A stretch of 63,415 bases of DNA, counting the filler, from Octopus bimaculoides (taxonomy: Eukaryota), in NCBI RefSeq assembly GCF_001194135.2. It is 5 parts of 5 records of this genome, joined end to end, with 100 filler letters (N's around TTAATTAATTAA, not from the genome) between each part and the next. Parts side by side here need not be neighbours in the genome. Positions count along the whole stretch, not along the records: positions 49,429 to 63,415 come from NC_069000.1; 4 more parts are not named here. The stretch is one strand, 5' to 3'. Below the pieces are notes generated by a model. The model made no database searches and was not told the DNA's origin. It saw only the letters and a list, made by a program, of their open reading frames with translations. Below, in pieces: positions 62,468-63,415 of this stretch. Every line of letters starts with the position of its first letter. Within the stretch, counting starts at the first letter, position 1. The position numbers and the translations under genes were made by a program.

Positions 62468-62959
62468 ATCACTCATTAATAATGATTTTAAGACACTCAA
62501 AACATCGGATAAAATAAAATAATGGCTGTTATAATTTCGGTCAATTTTCAAGAACAAAGAATGTCACAGCATAAAAGAAACTCAACGTCATACTTATTTG
62601 ATTACAGAGTCGTCTGTAAGGACATCAAAGAAAATTTGCGACCAACATATACTAGATAGGTACTTTTTAATGAATGCGTGTATGAAGGTGTGTGCGTGCA
62701 TGTATGTGTGTATGTGTGTGTGTGTGTGTTTATATGCAAGTACGTATACATGCATGCGAGTATGTGAATGTATATATAATATATATAATGTATAATATAT
62801 ATAAATACACACATACACGCAGATACACACACACACAAACCCATATATATATATATATGTGTGTGTATATGAGTGTGTACTGTATTTACTCGTGTTTAAG
62901 TCGCACCCCAGATTTTTTGATAATTATTAAAAATAAAACTGTGACTTGTGCAGAAGTAA

Positions 62960-63286
62960 ATATGCACCTTCGGTCGTGAATGATCATAAGATTGCACCTA
63001 GAAAGTTCCCCTCCGAGGCACCAGTCAGGGCAAAGTAGTTTATGGAAGACAGCTGTCTTCCATACGAGCCTCTCCTCTCCACACCACCGATGATATCCAA
63101 GGGAAAGGCAAAGGCCGATTACAGCTTGGCACCAGTGACGACGCAACCCATTTCTACAGCTGAGTGAACTGGAGCAACATGAAATAAAGTGTCTTGCTCA
63201 AGAACACAACACACAACCCGGTCTGAGAATCGAATACACTACCTCATGATCGTGAGCCCAACAGTCTAACCACTGAGTCATGCGCC
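62960..63286 (-). mobile_element. tRNA-derived SINE
   Basis: CTAACCACTGAGTCATGCGCC (reverse complement of A-box head); GTGTCTTGCTCAAGAACACAAC body. Confidence 0.8.
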
Positions 63287-63328
63287 GTTATACACACACA
63301 CACACTTACATGTGTAAGTAAGTATATA

Positions 63329-63415
63329 GGCGCAGGCGTGACTGTGTAGTATGAAGCTTGCTTCCCAACCGTATGGTCCTGGGTTCAGTCCCACATTGGG
63401 TAAGTGACTTCTACT
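63329..63415 (+). mobile_element. CORE-type SINE (OR2-like) head at the window edge
   Basis: GGCGCAGGCGTGACTGTGTAGTATGAAGCTTGCTTCCCAACC. Confidence 0.85.

Overview
Eukaryotic, AT-rich, gap-ridden draft sequence made up mostly of microsatellites and decayed transposable elements. The SINE families and repeat landscape look like an octopus genome; this is inferred from recalled repeat consensuses, not from a search. No host protein-coding gene can be supported, so the window is intergenic or lies in a large intron. The only long ORF that is not clearly a known-TE remnant is an ORF1/gag-like frame at 2552-3655 (-), interrupted by a gap. Recognisable content: about 25 tRNA-derived SINE copies from several families; R4/Dong-like restriction-endonuclease LINE fragments sitting in (TAA)n or (CATA)n microsatellites; RTE, Penelope and gypsy remnants; mariner and maT transposons; a Helitron with both ends present; and TA- and TTAA-flanked MITEs. 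The most interesting signal is three unrelated fold-back elements (15020-15409, 17790-18082, 57323-57527) that carry Penelope-type minimal hammerhead ribozyme motifs. One is a ~190-bp rod capped exactly by a hammerhead. Also notable are a twin-priming-like inversion in an RLE LINE, a perfect 50-bp hairpin, and a filled/empty SINE site pair. Four 44N-TTAATTAATTAA-44N blocks are scaffolding spacers, so adjacency across them is not reliable.
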